Positions 17,244 to 27,447 of a DNA stretch of 32,000 nt are shown one piece after another. The DNA is from Candidatus Harpocratesius repetitus (lineage in GTDB: Archaea > Asgardarchaeota > Lokiarchaeia > Sigyniarchaeales > Promethearchaeaceae). Location: contig JAIZWK010000001.1 of NCBI GenBank assembly GCA_021498095.1, forward strand, positions 1,590,001 to 1,622,000, read 5' to 3'. A program made the position numbers and the translations under genes. The notes beneath the pieces are model-generated. The model did no database searches. It saw only the letters and a program-made list of their open reading frames with translations, and had not been told where the DNA came from. Numbering within the stretch: position 1 is the stretch's first letter; every line of letters starts with the position of its first letter.

Positions 17244-18364
17244 TAATGTGCTTCATGTTATTCGAAATTTCCTTTCCTACTTCAAACAATCTTCAATTTT
17301 ATATTCCAATTTCATTTGTTATTATTATTCTTCACATTCAAACTGCAGGAATTGCTTTATATAGGAGTTTTCTCTACAAAAAAAGTTCTCCTTTCACAAG
17401 TCAAGTTCTATTCGCATATGGATTTCTTCTTACAAGTCAAATGCTAGGGTTTATTTTTTTATCATTAGAACGATTTTTAATTTGGAATCTTCTCACTGGT
17501 TGGTCAAATGAATATTTTTACATTATTGGTTGGTATTTATTAGGTATAGGGGGATTTGGAGCAAATTTAATCTTTGAACGAAGTTTCAGTTTAACTTCTA
17601 AGTATCCATATCTCTTTTCTTCTCTATCGTTTCTTTTAATTTTAATTAATCTTTTTAATTGGGAAAATGCTACTATTGGTTATTTTTCAGTTGTTTTATT
17701 TTTCATAATTAATTTTTTCATATTTTTATACTGGCTTAGATTATATCTGAAAAGTTCAAATCAAATAAAGAAATTTTTGCGAGATATAATGATTGGATTT
17801 CTCATTGGTTCCTTGAATTTGATGGCAATGAATAAACAGATCGAAGAATATTCTTTTTCTGAAATTCTTTATATTATTTTGTATATTGGGCAGTTTATTG
17901 GTTGTGTCCTGCAATTTCATGCTGTTTTTCACATCAAAACTCTTAATGATGCTGATTGGCGCTCTTCTATTTTAGAAATTGCAATAATTCATCAAGAAAC
18001 TAAAGAAATATTATTATATCAAGATTTTACTGAGAAAAAAATGAGCGATCTGACCAATTTTTCTTCATCTATCAATGCTTTAGAAGAAATCCTTAAATTA
18101 ATTGAAATTAATCCCCCTCATAAAACTGAAGCGATAAATATCGAAAGGGATCAAAACCAATTGATAATATTGTATTATAAGAATTTGATTGGTGTTTTAA
18201 TCACTTCCCAACCATTTTATATCTATCCTCGATTACTTTTGAAAATTCTTGTAGAGTTTTCATATGAATATCATTATATTCTGTTCCGTAAAAGAAAAAT
18301 TAAATTAAATCAAGTTGAATTTAAACCCTTCCTTCAACGATTATATCAATTAGTGTATGGTTAA
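17240..18364 (+). CDS. Multi-pass (about 7 TM) membrane protein with a C-terminal soluble longin-like domain
   Basis: The N-terminal about 230 aa are hydrophobic. The tail begins ILEIAIIHQETKEILLYQDF and has an alternating beta/alpha pattern like longin folds. Confidence 0.55.
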   Translation: MIMCFMLFEISFPTSNNLQFYIPISFVIIILHIQTAGIALYRSFLYKKSSPFTSQVLFAYGFLLTSQMLGFIFLSLERFLIWNLLTGWSNEYFYIIGWYLLGIGGFGANLIFERSFSLTSKYPYLFSSLSFLLILINLFNWENATIGYFSVVLFFIINFFIFLYWLRLYLKSSNQIKKFLRDIMIGFLIGSLNLMAMNKQIEEYSFSEILYIILYIGQFIGCVLQFHAVFHIKTLNDADWRSSILEIAIIHQETKEILLYQDFTEKKMSDLTNFSSSINALEEILKLIEINPPHKTEAINIERDQNQLIILYYKNLIGVLITSQPFYIYPRLLLKILVEFSYEYHYILFRKRKIKLNQVEFKPFLQRLYQLVYG

Positions 18365-18408
18365 ATAGAAAAAACTTTTTTATTAAAAAAAATAGGAAAT
18401 TATCCAGA

Positions 18409-19647
18409 ATGATATTATTAAAATTTACTTCGCTCTCCGTAATGATATCTTTTTCCCTCGAGATTGTAATCACTTTTTTGAGTTTTGAATTTTTCCTGTT
18501 ATTTTTTGAACAATATTCGAAAAAAACAAATGAATCTATCTCGAACAACACATCTTCCAAATTTTCAATAATACAGAATAAAGAACCAAATCAAATTTTA
18601 AATATTTCAGCATTTAGACGGGTTATTCTAAAAATAACCAAGATCTGCAAAAAATTACTATCAATTCTTCAAAATAGGGAATTATGTTGGGGTATTATGT
18701 TTTTTCTTATTGGGAATATGATGGTTTTACAAATTATTGGCGATTTCTATTTTTCTGAAAAGAAAATAAGATATTTCTTTATTTATGGTCGGAATTTGGA
18801 GTTTATACTATCTTTATCTCTATTCAGTTTCTCATTAGAATCAAGTGAATTGAAAACTAATAATTATTTAATCTCTAAAGGATTCGGGCTTCTTTCTGCT
18901 GCTATTTTTATTTTCACTGTATTTTCTCCTCAAATTACAATTATCCTCCTTCTTTTGGCAATTCCCTTAATTTTATTCTTATTAATCCAATATGGATGGA
19001 TAACTTTAATCCAAACAAAAAAATTTCGGACATTTCGATACCCTTTTTATGCTTTATTTTTAGGATTTTTCTTATTTATTGCAGGATTCCTCATCAGTCA
19101 GCTACTTTTTAATACACGGGATCTTCCAAATTTGGATTTAAGTGGAAGATTAGTTGGAGATTTCATTCAACTTTTTGGAATTCTTCTATTAGCTGTGGCA
19201 TTTTTCTTCTTACCATCCTTAAATGAATTTACATGGTATGATAAATTACAAAAAATGTTTGTAATCCATCCTACTGGATTATGTTTATTTGGCTATGATT
19301 TTCTTAAATTTCAGGCAATCTCAGAGGCATCAACAGATACTGATCTTACAACCAGTCTTTTATTAGCAATGAACACCATCGCTCAAGAAATAACCCCACA
19401 AAAATCATCTAAAAGTGATGTGATTCATAAAGATAACTTAGTTATACTTTTTGAATTTGGGATGTATTGCTTCATCGCTTTATTTGTATCTGAAGATAGT
19501 ATTACCATCCGCAAGAAATTGAGAGAATTCAGTGGTTCTTTTGAACGTATGTTTTCAGCTCAGCTTAAGAAATGGTCTGGAAACACTAATCAATTTGAAA
19601 CCGCAGAGAGATTAATATTCAAGATCTTTACCCCAGATCCACTATAA
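18409..19647 (+). CDS. Multi-pass (about 7 TM) membrane protein with a C-terminal longin-like domain
   Basis: TM helices are followed by MFVIHPTGLCLFGYDF...LTTSLLLAMNTIAQEI...VILFEFG..CFIALFV...IRKKLREF...FE..F, a longin-like pattern common in Asgard proteins. Confidence 0.65.
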   Translation: MILLKFTSLSVMISFSLEIVITFLSFEFFLLFFEQYSKKTNESISNNTSSKFSIIQNKEPNQILNISAFRRVILKITKICKKLLSILQNRELCWGIMFFLIGNMMVLQIIGDFYFSEKKIRYFFIYGRNLEFILSLSLFSFSLESSELKTNNYLISKGFGLLSAAIFIFTVFSPQITIILLLLAIPLILFLLIQYGWITLIQTKKFRTFRYPFYALFLGFFLFIAGFLISQLLFNTRDLPNLDLSGRLVGDFIQLFGILLLAVAFFFLPSLNEFTWYDKLQKMFVIHPTGLCLFGYDFLKFQAISEASTDTDLTTSLLLAMNTIAQEITPQKSSKSDVIHKDNLVILFEFGMYCFIALFVSEDSITIRKKLREFSGSFERMFSAQLKKWSGNTNQFETAERLIFKIFTPDPL

Positions 19648-19875
19648 TTTCATGCATCCAATTATTATTTGAGTTGGTATTTCCACATTCTTAAAATCAG
19701 TCAAAATTTCATATTTTCGTCATTTTTCTTTGAATTATTGATTAAATAATATTTTATTTTCTTAAACGATGTTTCGACAAATTTAAAATTAGGATAAATT
19801 TAGGGATTGTGGAAAATCAAGATAAAATTTTTGGATTTCCTTCAATTTTTCGAATTCTGCTATACTCTCAAAAAA

Positions 19876-20055
19876 TTAGGGAATTATTTTTTTCTGCATT
19901 TTTTCTCGAAAATAAGGCAATCTATATCGCTGATATTTATCTTGTAACGAAAATTTAGGGGGAAAAACGTTTTCTGTGGAGATTTTACAAAGAGGGCATT
20001 GGTTTGATAAAGTATATTTATGGCAATGAGGACATTTTTGTAAATGATGTGTCAT
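19876..20055 (-). CDS. nop10: H/ACA RNP protein Nop10 (59 aa; absent from the supplied ORF track)
   Basis: Manual translation gives MTHHLQKCPHCHKYTLSNQCPLCKISTENVFPPKFSLQDKYQRYRLPYFREKMQKKIIP*. It has the CxxC-YTL-CPxC ribbon and PPKFS..DKY..YR, lies directly downstream of eIF2A as in other archaea, and has AGGAGA upstream. Confidence 0.93.
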   Translation of the reverse strand: MTHHLQKCPHCHKYTLSNQCPLCKISTENVFPPKFSLQDKYQRYRLPYFREKMQKKIIP

Positions 20056-20111
20056 TTGTCTCTTTCTCCTAAAACTAATATAATATTAATTAAAATTAAA
20101 AATAATTATCC

Positions 20112-20957
20112 TTATTGCTCGTTCGATAGATCTTCCCGGAGTAATTTCACACTTCCTGCATGACCAATCGTTTCTTCGAATTTTTTATGTACCTTTTCTA
20201 AGAATTTTTCTGCCGTATGATAATCCTTCGCTTCTAAATTCATACGATAAATTGGTGCTCCAATGTAAGCAAAAGATATTTCTACTCCTTTGGGTTTACG
20301 CAATCTTTTTACTGCTGCAAAACCTTCTTTGATTACTTCAATTCCATTACCTTCAAAAGAACGAATGTCAAATTCTACTTGTAAATTCACTTTACTGATT
20401 GTTATATTTTCAATTATTAACTTGTATAATTCTTTTTGGAGATCTTCAGATATATCTAAACCAGGTGTATTAATGAGTGCTTCAAATCCGTCTTCTTTAA
20501 TCGTTTCAAATGCGTTGCGAATTTCACCATATTGATCGATTAATGCCCAAATTGCTTTTTCATACAAATCAGACAAAGTCATTCCATGCTGTTCTGCAAA
20601 AAAATTAAGAAGTCCTTCTAATTTAATTGCATATCGCCATTGGTTCATCACGGTGGTACGTTGAATTTTGTTTACACGTCGTAAACTTAAATCTAAGTAT
20701 CCTCTATCCTTATTTACTCGAATGACTTGTAAAACTAAACGTTGTCCAATTGAAACAATCGAATTAATGTTTTTCACCCAACGGTTTGATAGTTCTGATA
20801 TGTGTACCATGCCTTGGGCACGTTCTTCATGAGGGAGGCCTGCATAATCTTCTAGTTCAACTTGTACATAGCCTCGTTGAACATTTGTTACGCGGCAGAC
20901 AACGAGTTCACCAGGTTCTGGAAAAGGATTACGATTGAGCATTGTAGTAAGAAACAC
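20112..20957 (-). CDS. eif2a: Translation initiation factor 2 alpha subunit (aIF2-alpha); likely start ATG 20942
   Basis: Contains FPEPGELVV..V, the S1 domain with VHISELSNRWVKNI, and YIGAPIYR in the C-terminal domain. Confidence 0.95.
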   Translation of the reverse strand: MFLTTMLNRNPFPEPGELVVCRVTNVQRGYVQVELEDYAGLPHEERAQGMVHISELSNRWVKNINSIVSIGQRLVLQVIRVNKDRGYLDLSLRRVNKIQRTTVMNQWRYAIKLEGLLNFFAEQHGMTLSDLYEKAIWALIDQYGEIRNAFETIKEDGFEALINTPGLDISEDLQKELYKLIIENITISKVNLQVEFDIRSFEGNGIEVIKEGFAAVKRLRKPKGVEISFAYIGAPIYRMNLEAKDYHTAEKFLEKVHKKFEETIGHAGSVKLLREDLSNEQ

Positions 20958-21070
20958 TTGATTTATTATGAATTTTGCGATTTAACCATTATTTAATATT
21001 TGATTCTATAATTAGAAAAAAATGATTTGTTGGATGAATGAGTGAATAAAATAAATGAAATTCTATTGAA

Positions 21071-21523
21071 TTAATATTTTGTTTTTACTTCTTTTGTTAC
21101 AAAGCATGTTTCCTTAATGTTTATGCCTGGAATTTTGGAAATTTCATCTTCAATTAAAGGATCTAAATATTCTAATGACGGCAATTCACATCTTACAAAT
21201 ATTCCACAATCTCCTGATAATCGCCAAATATCTGTTATTTCAGGTATCTTTTTTAATTCTTGAGTTATTTTCTTTATTTGATTAAGATCCGGTTGGATTT
21301 TGATCGTTGCTCTTGTGGGATTATCCAATTTTTGATCATCGAGTACAATCGTGAATTTTTTAATGACACCATCTACAAGGAGCCTATTTACTCTTCTTCT
21401 AACAGTTGCCTCCGTTTTTCCAATTTGTTCTGCTATGCTTCGATAAGATGTACGAGCATCTTTCTTTAACAATTCAATAATATTACGATCGAGTAAATCA
21501 ATATGTGGTTTTTCTGTAGACAT
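21071..21523 (-). CDS. Lrp/AsnC-family transcriptional regulator
   Basis: IDLLDRNIIELLKKDARTSYRSIAEQIG.TEATVRRRVNRL...GVIKKFT, followed by a RAM domain with LSGD. Confidence 0.92.
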   Translation of the reverse strand: MSTEKPHIDLLDRNIIELLKKDARTSYRSIAEQIGKTEATVRRRVNRLLVDGVIKKFTIVLDDQKLDNPTRATIKIQPDLNQIKKITQELKKIPEITDIWRLSGDCGIFVRCELPSLEYLDPLIEDEISKIPGINIKETCFVTKEVKTKY

Positions 21524-21722
21524 AATTCATCAAAATGATCGGGGTTAAAAAGAATTAATGCAAAACGATTAAAAAAGTTAATGAAATGATCATCAAGAAG
21601 TAAAAATATAATATTAATCATTCAAAACAATTCCGAAAAAGATCATTAGATCGATAAAAAAACTGAAAAAAATCGGATTTGTTAAATATAGATATCGATA
21701 AATTTTGAGGTGAGAATTATTC

Positions 21723-21950
21723 ATGACAGATTTCTTAAAATTAAAGTATATGGAGTATGAGAGATTTTACCAATTCTTTAAAAAAGATGATAACCAAGCA
21801 TTGAAACAGCATAAAATTGCAGTATCTGAAACAATAAAAGAACAAAAAGAGATAAAAAAGCTAAAGGAATTAAAAGATCCTCAAAATCTTCAAAATTCCC
21901 AAGAATCGCAAAAAGAGCAAGAAAATCAAAATATACTGGTAGAATGTTGA
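21723..21950 (+). CDS. Small hypothetical protein (75 aa)
   Basis: Fills an intergenic gap with an ATG start and an upstream GAGGTGAG. It is charged and Gln-rich, with no recognised motif. Confidence 0.45.
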   Translation: MTDFLKLKYMEYERFYQFFKKDDNQALKQHKIAVSETIKEQKEIKKLKELKDPQNLQNSQESQKEQENQNILVEC

Positions 21951-22006
21951 AGATATTTGTCAACTTGTCTACTTTTTTTTATTTTATCAATTTCGTTGCT
22001 TCAAAT

Positions 22007-23308
22007 TTACGATCTTGAAGATAGTCGAAATACTCTTGCTGTTTTTGGAATCCGCGCTGAAGTTTTAATTCCTACAAAAATCGGTGCATTTGATGATGCA
22101 ATTTCTGTGTATTTAACTGGTTTTCCATTAACTTGCATTGAATCAATGATTTGTTCAAAGTAAAAATCCTTTTGATTTTCGAAGATAATTGTATCCCCGA
22201 TTTTTAATTGACCTTTGACAAGGTGGATCTCTACAGCACTTGATTTTGGATAAAAGTTTTTTACTTCACCAATATGAATTTTACGGATTTTTGCTTGATT
22301 TCCTCGAATTGTTCTTTCGATATCTTCAAGACTTGGCTTCGAGAAATAAAATCCCAAGTGAAATCCTCTGTTAAAAACAGATTCAAGCCGAGAAATCCAT
22401 CCATCTACATGTTCCTGATTATAACTTCCATCAAAATACGCATCAATAGCTTCTCTATAACATTTGGCTGTTTCTTCAATGTAGCGAGGATCCCTCATCC
22501 TACCTTCAATTTTAAATGCTCTAATTCCAGCTTTAACCAATTCTGGTATGTGTCCGATCATGCAGAGATCTTTGGCATTGAAAAACATTCCAGAATACGG
22601 TTCATATTGGATTACTTCACTTTCTTCACCCTTAAATGTATACATTCTCCTGCAAGGTTGAACACATTTCCCACGATTAGCAGAAAATTCAGGGTTAAAA
22701 CCCATTATTTCCGATGAGAGATAACACCTACCACTTACTGCGGTACATGAAGCACCATGAACGAATGTTTCTACTGGAATTTTGATTTTTCTAATAATTT
22801 CATTAATATCTTGTAAATCTAACTCGCGTGCTAAAATTAATCGTTCTGCACCTAATTCTTGATAAAAACGTGCACTTAATTCATTCGAGATGTTTGCTTG
22901 GGTTGAAACATGAAATGGGATTCCAATTTGCTTAGCAATCATAATTGCGGCTAAATCATGACAGATTATGGCATCAACACCCGAATCATGCGCTAATTCT
23001 ATAGTTTGGTGCAATTCAATCAATTCTGTATTGTATATCAAAATATTTGTCGTTAGATAACATCTTTTTTCCTTTGAGTGTACCAAATCTACTAATCTTT
23101 TGAGATCTGATGATGGAAAATTCATCGCTCTCGCTCGCATGCTGAAATTTGTTTGCAATCCAAAGTATACTGCATCTGCTGAATCTAAAACTGTGGAATT
23201 TGGATGCAATGTTTTCCATCCATTAAGTGGAACAAGTAATTCAGGCTTGAACGTAGGTTGTGCAGTTGTGAAAGAATTATGATCTGTGTTTAAGCCGTAT
23301 GAATCCAT
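22007..23308 (-). CDS. Peptidase U32-family protein (TrhP/RlhA-like Fe-S hydroxylation protein)
   Basis: Contains ADAVYFG...RARA.NF, ETFVHGASC.AVSGRCYLS, NRGKCVQPCR, DLC and AFKIEGRMR, followed by a C-terminal beta-barrel. Confidence 0.9.
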   Translation of the reverse strand: MDSYGLNTDHNSFTTAQPTFKPELLVPLNGWKTLHPNSTVLDSADAVYFGLQTNFSMRARAMNFPSSDLKRLVDLVHSKEKRCYLTTNILIYNTELIELHQTIELAHDSGVDAIICHDLAAIMIAKQIGIPFHVSTQANISNELSARFYQELGAERLILARELDLQDINEIIRKIKIPVETFVHGASCTAVSGRCYLSSEIMGFNPEFSANRGKCVQPCRRMYTFKGEESEVIQYEPYSGMFFNAKDLCMIGHIPELVKAGIRAFKIEGRMRDPRYIEETAKCYREAIDAYFDGSYNQEHVDGWISRLESVFNRGFHLGFYFSKPSLEDIERTIRGNQAKIRKIHIGEVKNFYPKSSAVEIHLVKGQLKIGDTIIFENQKDFYFEQIIDSMQVNGKPVKYTEIASSNAPIFVGIKTSARIPKTARVFRLSSRS

Positions 23309-23573
23309 AATTGATTATTAAAAAAAAAATCGCTTTATAATGAATTTTGCTCTTTTGAAAGATATCTTTATTATTTTTGATCTTTAGAACCATTTTTACA
23401 TACAAATAAATATGACATTATCGAAATAATATCAATAGAAAATTGAAAAAGGAGCTGAAATATACACTAATTTTGTCAAATCCCGAATTACTATGGGTTT
23501 AAGGCAAAATTTTTTGTTAAATTTAACAGTAGGATAAAAAGAGGCCATTTACTTAAAAATTTGAGGGTTTGCC

Positions 23574-25790
23574 ATGCAAAAGCGAATGTATACACTGCCA
23601 AAATTAGTACTAATTCCTAGTTGGGGAAAACTTCTTGGATATCCAATCTTGGGGACTTATAGAAATCATAAAGTTAGGAATATATTAAATGATCCAATCA
23701 TATTTTTATCAAATTTCGAATGTTCTATTACAACTGAAAAGGAAACACGTCATTACCTATTTGGATTGGGTTTTTATTATACAAAATTTCAAATTGATGC
23801 GAATAATTACATAATTGATTATCGTCGTTTAACTTGTATTGTTCTTTCTGATTTTGTTTATCAATTTATTAAGGACTCAGTAGATATATCTGCTATTCGA
23901 GATCCCGATATTATTTTAAAAGAAACTATGTTTAGCATAGTTTTTCCAATTGAACAAGGAAAACGTAATGAAAATCAATTATCATTCATTCGCGGAGTTC
24001 TGAATAGAGAGATTTTCATGCCATATAAAGAAATCTTAACTAAGTTTATCGATCATCTTCAAAATGTTCCATCGAATAAATTTAAGCAGGCAGGTCATGC
24101 TTTACTGATGGGAACTAGATCCGATTTCAGCATGATGTATTTATCAAATTCTATTTCTCCTGAAATTCTATCCGAATTTAATCCATCAACTCCAGGAATA
24201 ACTCATATTGGTACAAATGCTGACTTTGTTCTCTCAAAGGAGTTTTCTTCAGAAGAAATAGATTTTATTAATTATTCCATTCAATATTTAGAATATATTT
24301 TTAACGATATTTCGTTTAACCCTGCATCTCCTTTAGACTATTTTGAAGAAGGATTTTACCGTTTTCAAAAGAAGGAAATGTTTTCATCAACTAATATCCC
24401 AGCAAAACAAATTCAATTGGAAAAAATGTTAGATGTAACTCAAATTTCTCCTGAGATTTTTGTTACCTCACCATTATATGAGAAAAAAGTAGTTTGGGAT
24501 GAAAATCATCCCCGAAAATCGCTAGAATTATGGGGGATTAAACCAAAAGAATCTAAAATCCGTCTTCTTGCTTTGACTGAACTAAAAAATACCGTAAAGG
24601 AAGAATCTGCAAATATCGAATTAAACGATTATAAACGTGGGCCTAGCCTTCAAAGTTCTAATTTTGAATTAGACATCCATAAAAGACCAAAAGTAAATAT
24701 CAAAGAATTACCACCAATACCTGAATCAACAGTGAAGGATATTCTTAATTATTTGCATATGATAATAGGTGAAGATTATGAAGCTCACCAACTTGCTGAT
24801 ACATTTGAAAAGGCTCGAGATACAATTAAAAAACTTACTTTTAATTCAAAATATATTTGGGAACTCAGCAAAATGGCGAATTTATTTTACAGAGAAGAGC
24901 CAGGATTTGGGTTAAAACAGATAGAAAAAAATCGAACAATGATGAACATAAAGGATTGGATAGATGAAATTGAAGAACAAGAACGATTGGAGCGAGAACG
25001 AATAGAGAAAGAAAGGTTGGAGCGAGAACGGTTGGAACGAGAACGATTGGAGAAAGAAAGATTGGAGCGAGAACGGTTGGAACGAGAACGATTGGAGAAA
25101 GAAAGATTGGAACGTGAGCGGTTGGAAAAAGAACGAATAGAGAAAGAAAGGTTGGAACGTGAGCGGTTGGAAAAAGAACGAATAGAGAAAGAAAGGTTGG
25201 AACGTGAGCGGTTGGAAAAAGAACGAATAGAGAAAGAAAGGTTGGAACGTGAGCGGTTGGAAAAAGAAGGAATAGAGAAAGAAAGGTTGGAACGTGAGCG
25301 GTTGGAAAAAGAACGAATAGAGAAAGAAAGGTTGGAGCGAGAACGGTTGGAACGCGAACGATTGGAGAAAGAAAGGTTGGAACGTGAGCGGTTGGAAAAA
25401 GAACGAATAGAGAAAGAGAAATCTAAAGAATATATAAAGGAGAAAGAAAGATTGGAAAGAGAAAGACTCAAACGTGAACAACAACTCAGTATTGAGCATC
25501 ATAAACTTTGGACTGAAAAATTCCAAAAAAATATTCCTATATCGAATTCACAAGTTTCTCAGAGCAATAAGAAACTTTCAATCCCTAATAATCCTATGGA
25601 AAATAAATATCTGGAGATACAAAGGCAATTAAACCAAGTTACTGAGGAATTAAAAATAATTCAATCTAAATCTCCCAAATCTAAACAAGAAAAATCAGAT
25701 TTGAAAGCGAAAAAGAAGGAGTTAAAAAAAGAATTCAAAAAATTAAAAAAATCTCTGAAGAAGTTGCAAAAGAATTTAAATAAATCCTAA
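23574..25790 (+). CDS. Hypothetical protein with a globular N-terminus, an ER/K pentapeptide repeat of about 145 aa and a Lys-rich coiled-coil C-terminus
   Basis: 738-aa ORF with (ERLE[K/R]/ERIEK)n. The stop overlaps the next start (TAATG). Confidence 0.8.
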   Translation: MQKRMYTLPKLVLIPSWGKLLGYPILGTYRNHKVRNILNDPIIFLSNFECSITTEKETRHYLFGLGFYYTKFQIDANNYIIDYRRLTCIVLSDFVYQFIKDSVDISAIRDPDIILKETMFSIVFPIEQGKRNENQLSFIRGVLNREIFMPYKEILTKFIDHLQNVPSNKFKQAGHALLMGTRSDFSMMYLSNSISPEILSEFNPSTPGITHIGTNADFVLSKEFSSEEIDFINYSIQYLEYIFNDISFNPASPLDYFEEGFYRFQKKEMFSSTNIPAKQIQLEKMLDVTQISPEIFVTSPLYEKKVVWDENHPRKSLELWGIKPKESKIRLLALTELKNTVKEESANIELNDYKRGPSLQSSNFELDIHKRPKVNIKELPPIPESTVKDILNYLHMIIGEDYEAHQLADTFEKARDTIKKLTFNSKYIWELSKMANLFYREEPGFGLKQIEKNRTMMNIKDWIDEIEEQERLERERIEKERLERERLERERLEKERLERERLERERLEKERLERERLEKERIEKERLERERLEKERIEKERLERERLEKERIEKERLERERLEKEGIEKERLERERLEKERIEKERLERERLERERLEKERLERERLEKERIEKEKSKEYIKEKERLERERLKREQQLSIEHHKLWTEKFQKNIPISNSQVSQSNKKLSIPNNPMENKYLEIQRQLNQVTEELKIIQSKSPKSKQEKSDLKAKKKELKKEFKKLKKSLKKLQKNLNKS
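24981..25417 (+). repeat. Coding tandem repeat: 15-nt units organised into a 45-nt higher-order repeat
   Basis: TTGGAACGTGAGCGGTTGGAAAAAGAACGAATAGAGAAAGAAAGG occurs in five consecutive near-identical copies starting at 25107, 25152, 25197, 25242 (one C>G, Arg>Gly) and 25287. Degenerate 15-mers flank them. Confidence 0.95.
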
Positions 25791-26659
25791 TGCATGATTT
25801 TTTTATCTTTATTCCATTATATTTTCAAGAAATGCCTAATCAAAAATTTCCCCAAGATCATCAAGGAGGGGCAGATCTCCGAAATGTAATCAATTACTAT
25901 CGGAAAAAAGCACTCCATTATGACGAAGATTATTCCGAATGGTATTGGAAACTTTATGATGATCTCACTTGGAATTTTTTAAAACCTTACCTTCCTCATA
26001 AAAATAACATGCGAATTTTAGATGTTGGGGCAGGTACGGGAAAATGGGCAATAAAATTGGCTCAAATGGGATTTTATGTAGATTGTCTAGATATTTCTCC
26101 TGAAATGTTGAAAATTGCAGAAAAAAAAGTAAAATATCTTGATTTAGAATCGAATATCACATTTCAAATAAAAGATATTCGAGATCTCTCTAATTTATCT
26201 GATAATTCATATGATCTTGTTTTAGCTCTCGGAGATGTAATATCGTACTGTATTGATGATTCTCTTGCAGTAGGGGAATTATATCGCGTTACTAAACAAA
26301 AAGGCTGGTGTATCGCATCCGTGGATAGTAAATTCATATATATGCTTAATCATATCAAATATAATCAATTTAAAGCTCTAAAAAGTGTTGAGCAGACTAG
26401 TATTTCATATTTTTTTAAAAAACATCCAGTTAAAACGTATACACCTCAAGAATTACAAAATCTTTTTCAAAATGCTGGATTTATTGTCAAAGAAATTTGT
26501 GGTAAGTCAATATTTTCAGGCGCCCTCCGTAAAAAAATGCGCGAAAAGAAAATTTCTGAAAATTACGAATTATTTCTCCAGTTAGAGATGAAATATGGGA
26601 GGGATCCTTCCTTTATAGGTCAAGCAGGGCATTTACAAATTTCTGCTCAAAAATCATAA
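25790..26659 (+). CDS. Class I SAM-dependent methyltransferase
   Basis: Contains RILDVGAGTG (motif I), LDISPEMLKIA and YDLVL. An alternative start is ATG 25832. Confidence 0.9.
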   Translation: MHDFFIFIPLYFQEMPNQKFPQDHQGGADLRNVINYYRKKALHYDEDYSEWYWKLYDDLTWNFLKPYLPHKNNMRILDVGAGTGKWAIKLAQMGFYVDCLDISPEMLKIAEKKVKYLDLESNITFQIKDIRDLSNLSDNSYDLVLALGDVISYCIDDSLAVGELYRVTKQKGWCIASVDSKFIYMLNHIKYNQFKALKSVEQTSISYFFKKHPVKTYTPQELQNLFQNAGFIVKEICGKSIFSGALRKKMREKKISENYELFLQLEMKYGRDPSFIGQAGHLQISAQKS

Positions 26660-26720
26660 AAAGCACTTGATTTAATCAAATGAATGAAAGTATGAGAAAA
26701 AAATGAAAATCATATCTATT

Positions 26721-27146
26721 TTATTGTTCTTCTTCAACTTTTACTGTTATTTTCGGCTTTTTAGTGAAACTCACTTTCAATAGACCATTTTTAAGTCGAG
26801 CTTTCACTTTTCTTTCTTCAATTTCATCATTAACTGGAATTTCAACCTTAACTGGGCGATTCCAAATATATTTTCCCATTGAGACAATTTTGTGGGCTTT
26901 TTCTTTTTCTTCTGTATTTTTTGCTTTTTCAGATGTATTCGGTGGTTCTGCTTCGATATTAATCGAATTTCGCGATAAAGAGATATGAACGGCATCCGCT
27001 TTGAAACCGGGTAAAGGCATGGTGATTAGATATTCGTCAGCTGTTTCTTCTAAATCGTATGGCATAAATGGGGCATATTGATGTAATATCTGGTCCCAAG
27101 GTGGATGATTATAACCGCATTTTATATGTGCAAATTGATATGTCAT
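26721..27146 (-). CDS. hsp20: Small heat-shock protein (Hsp20/alpha-crystallin)
   Basis: Contains PYDLEET.DEY.I.MPLPG...V.I and VKARLKNGLLKV. Confidence 0.88.
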   Translation of the reverse strand: MTYQFAHIKCGYNHPPWDQILHQYAPFMPYDLEETADEYLITMPLPGFKADAVHISLSRNSINIEAEPPNTSEKAKNTEEKEKAHKIVSMGKYIWNRPVKVEIPVNDEIEERKVKARLKNGLLKVSFTKKPKITVKVEEEQ

Positions 27147-27169
27147 AATATTGTACTCCTTTTGAAAGT

Positions 27170-27403
27170 TTAATAAAAAAATGGAAATCTCTCTTTCAAT
27201 GATTTTAAAGCTTCACTTTTTTCGTCGAAATGATTGAATTCAATTGTATTTACTTTCCCTTTACGAGCAACATGCCAATCTTTAGGATTCGCCTTTGAAG
27301 GATGTTTGATATATACTTTTAACTGATCTTCTGGGCAAAGTATTTCTTGTGAGAAAATGGGAATCCAAGATGGATTCTGTATTTCTCTGATTGAAAGGCT
27401 CAT
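27170..27403 (-). CDS. Small hypothetical protein between two hsp20 genes
   Basis: 77-aa ATG ORF that fits the gap co-directionally, with GGAG upstream. Confidence 0.6.
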   Translation of the reverse strand: MSLSIREIQNPSWIPIFSQEILCPEDQLKVYIKHPSKANPKDWHVARKGKVNTIEFNHFDEKSEALKSLKERFPFFY

Positions 27404-27447
27404 ATTTATTCGTCTCCTGAAGAAAAAAATGGTGATAAGAATGAAAA

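Noticed and set aside
24981-25417. Repeat array as a CRISPR
   Set aside because: The units are contiguous with no unique spacers, are in frame within a CDS, and no cas genes are nearby.
24887-25526. Antisense ORFs 24887..25471 and 24912..25526
   Set aside because: They are shadows of the ER/K tandem repeat, whose reverse complement lacks stops. The products are implausible Ser/Arg or Phe/Leu repeats.
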